A stretch of 6,265 bases of DNA from a virus. The first letter of the stretch is position 1; the number at the start of each line of letters is the position of its first letter. The stretch is from positions 1 to 6,265 of the IMG/VR virus record IMGVR_UViG_3300011982_000015, one strand, 5' to 3'. Positions 4,938-6,265 of this stretch are shown here, in pieces. The translations under genes and the position numbers were made by a program. The notes beneath the pieces are model-generated. The model was not told where the DNA came from. It saw only the letters and a list, made by a program, of their open reading frames with translations, and did no database searches.

Positions 4938-6265
4938 ATGAAGTTTAGTATAGGTATTAAAAAGCGCAAGTATAGGCACGATAGTTCCTATAACGTGAAC
5001 ACTACTTCCGATTTTGGCAGTTTTCAACCGTTAGTGTGTCAATTCTTGCGCCCTTGTGATTCTTACAATGTTAAGAATTTCACTCAATTGGTGCGTAATT
5101 CCGTTATGCCCAATCCTACGTTTGGTGCTATTTCCTGTGTGAACAAGTACAGATTTGTTCCGATGTCTGAAATATTCCCACAGTTTGACGCGTTGATTTC
5201 TGGAAAGGATATTAATTCGTACGTTATCAATTATAAGCCTACAGAAGTACCGACAGTAACTAACAGTTATTTGGTATTTATGTTGTCGCTTTTGTTTGGT
5301 CAGATGCGAGTTTGTAAATACACTTCAACGCTTGAAAAAAAGTTTGACGATAGCGGTTTTGCTCGTGAAATATTGGATTTCGCAGATAATATTTTGTCTT
5401 TTGATTTCAAGTTTTTTGTCGATATGTTCAAAAGTAAAGGTTTGGAATTTGAGGACGATAAGTCAGAGAGTTGCAAGGAAATGTTTTCAAAGTCTTTCCA
5501 CTTTGGATCGTCAAAACTTGATTTTAACAATAGCGACTTTGTGCTTAGGAATGATAAGCATATTTTGTTTATTCGCTTGAGTTCTGCAGGTAAGCGTTTG
5601 TTTAAGGTGTTTAAAGGTCTTGGTTACTCTCTTGATCCTAATTGTCAGAATAAAGTTTCAATTCTTCCGCTCTTCGCTTATTACAAGGCGTATTTTGACG
5701 CTTACTATCCTACCAGGATAAAAGGTTGGCAAAACACGTGGTGTTTTGAACTCATTAACACCATATTTGAGCAGAATTTGCAGTTTTTGAACGTCAAGGA
5801 TAGCAAGGCAGGTTTTTCGTTCCATTCGCTTATCGTCAATTTCTTCTTGCACGAGTTGGCAGAATGTTGGTACGTCTACCCCGATGATTACGTTTCGGCA
5901 AATCAGCTTAAGCCGTTGGAAACGGTACAAGACGATTTAGGCTTTGGCACTCGTGGTAATGACGGTTCGCCAGGTGGTGATTTGGGAACAGATGCACGTG
6001 AGAATATCCCTTCGCTCAATACAAAGGAAAATCCGAACGTAACGCAAGTGGCTTTGGATACTTTAGGACGTATAACTCGCTTTATGAACAAAAATTCTTT
6101 GATAGGAAATCGTATCAAGGAGTATGTAAGAGTTCATTTTGGTGAGGATATTGTTTCCGATATGTTCGATGATAGTTTCGACATTGCTACGTTTACTACT
6201 GATGTTACTATTGATGATATGTATAGTAGTTCGGATACATTGTCGGCAGACGGTCGTACAGGTGA
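4938..6265 (+). CDS. VP1: Major capsid protein VP1, N-terminal part. It is open to the end of the window and continues at position 2 after circularisation. The unique part is 4938-6166.
   Basis: My manual translation from the ATG at 4938 gives MKFSIGIKKRKYRHDSSYNVNTTSDFGSFQPLVCQFLRPCDSYNV... with no stop through 6265. The ORF track omits it, apparently because there is no in-window stop. The N-terminal pattern resembles the conserved start of Microviridae capsid proteins: a basic stretch, then DxG-x-L/Q-P, then a PGD-like segment here reading RPCDS. Confidence 0.9.
   Translation, partial: MKFSIGIKKRKYRHDSSYNVNTTSDFGSFQPLVCQFLRPCDSYNVKNFTQLVRNSVMPNPTFGAISCVNKYRFVPMSEIFPQFDALISGKDINSYVINYKPTEVPTVTNSYLVFMLSLLFGQMRVCKYTSTLEKKFDDSGFAREILDFADNILSFDFKFFVDMFKSKGLEFEDDKSESCKEMFSKSFHFGSSKLDFNNSDFVLRNDKHILFIRLSSAGKRLFKVFKGLGYSLDPNCQNKVSILPLFAYYKAYFDAYYPTRIKGWQNTWCFELINTIFEQNLQFLNVKDSKAGFSFHSLIVNFFLHELAECWYVYPDDYVSANQLKPLETVQDDLGFGTRGNDGSPGGDLGTDARENIPSLNTKENPNVTQVALDTLGRITRFMNKNSLIGNRIKEYVRVHFGEDIVSDMFDDSFDIATFTTDVTIDDMYSSSDTLSADGRTG
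6167..6265. repeat. Right copy of the exact 99-nt terminal direct repeat, identical to 1-99.
   Basis: As for the left copy. Position 6167 corresponds to position 1. Confidence 0.97.

Noticed and set aside
5296-5580. A 94-aa + strand ORF inside VP1 with two hydrophobic segments. It superficially resembles the embedded phiX174 lysis protein E.
   Set aside because: It is an off-frame translation of a T-rich stretch, and the antisense ORF 5300-5530 is open as well. The genome already has a peptidase and a membrane micro-ORF. Nothing in the sequence supports independent translation. It should be revisited only if the frame is conserved in relatives.
5300-6118. Minus-strand ORFs 5300-5530, 5658-5930 and 5903-6118.
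   Set aside because: They are all antisense to the continuous VP1 reading frame and have no signals of their own.

Overview
The window is one complete circular ssDNA phage genome of the family Microviridae, with a unit length of 6166 nt. It has been linearised inside the major capsid gene. Bases 1-99 are identical to bases 6167-6265, which looks like a circular-contig assembly overlap. All credible genes lie on the + strand. The major capsid protein VP1 (675 aa) starts at 4938, runs off the 3' end and finishes at 799 after circular closure. It is followed by a canonical intrinsic terminator and then the VP2 DNA-pilot/minor capsid protein. VP2 has a Gly-rich hydrophobic N-terminus, a long coiled-coil-like centre and a Gly/Lys-rich tail. 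After VP2 comes a GC-rich structured intergenic region and then the rolling-circle replication initiator VP4, which carries all three superfamily-I HUH motifs including a phiX-A-like Y-x3-Y pair. A short two-gene unit follows behind a good Bacteroidetes-type promoter (TTTG-N19-TAnnTTTG). It encodes a 78-aa orphan and a minimal LAS/M15-type zinc peptidase (SxHxxGxAxD ... HxH), a probable endolysin. A 231-nt intergenic region comes next, containing a C5-AA-C8 tract and a second TAnnTTTG box. The structural operon then opens with an unannotated 32-aa transmembrane micro-ORF and a 90-aa orphan directly upstream of VP1. Genome size, long VP1, VP1-VP2-VP4 order, Bacteroidetes-type promoters and the absence of Shine-Dalgarno sequences suggest an Alpavirinae-like microvirus of a Bacteroidetes host. 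That placement is inference, because no similarity search was possible. There is no rRNA, tRNA, CRISPR array, integrase or transposase. The most interesting content is a peptidase plus a tiny membrane protein, which may be an endolysin/holin-style lysis system in a phage family best known for single-gene lysis. The two structured non-coding regions are also of interest as likely hosts of the ssDNA origin and regulatory functions.
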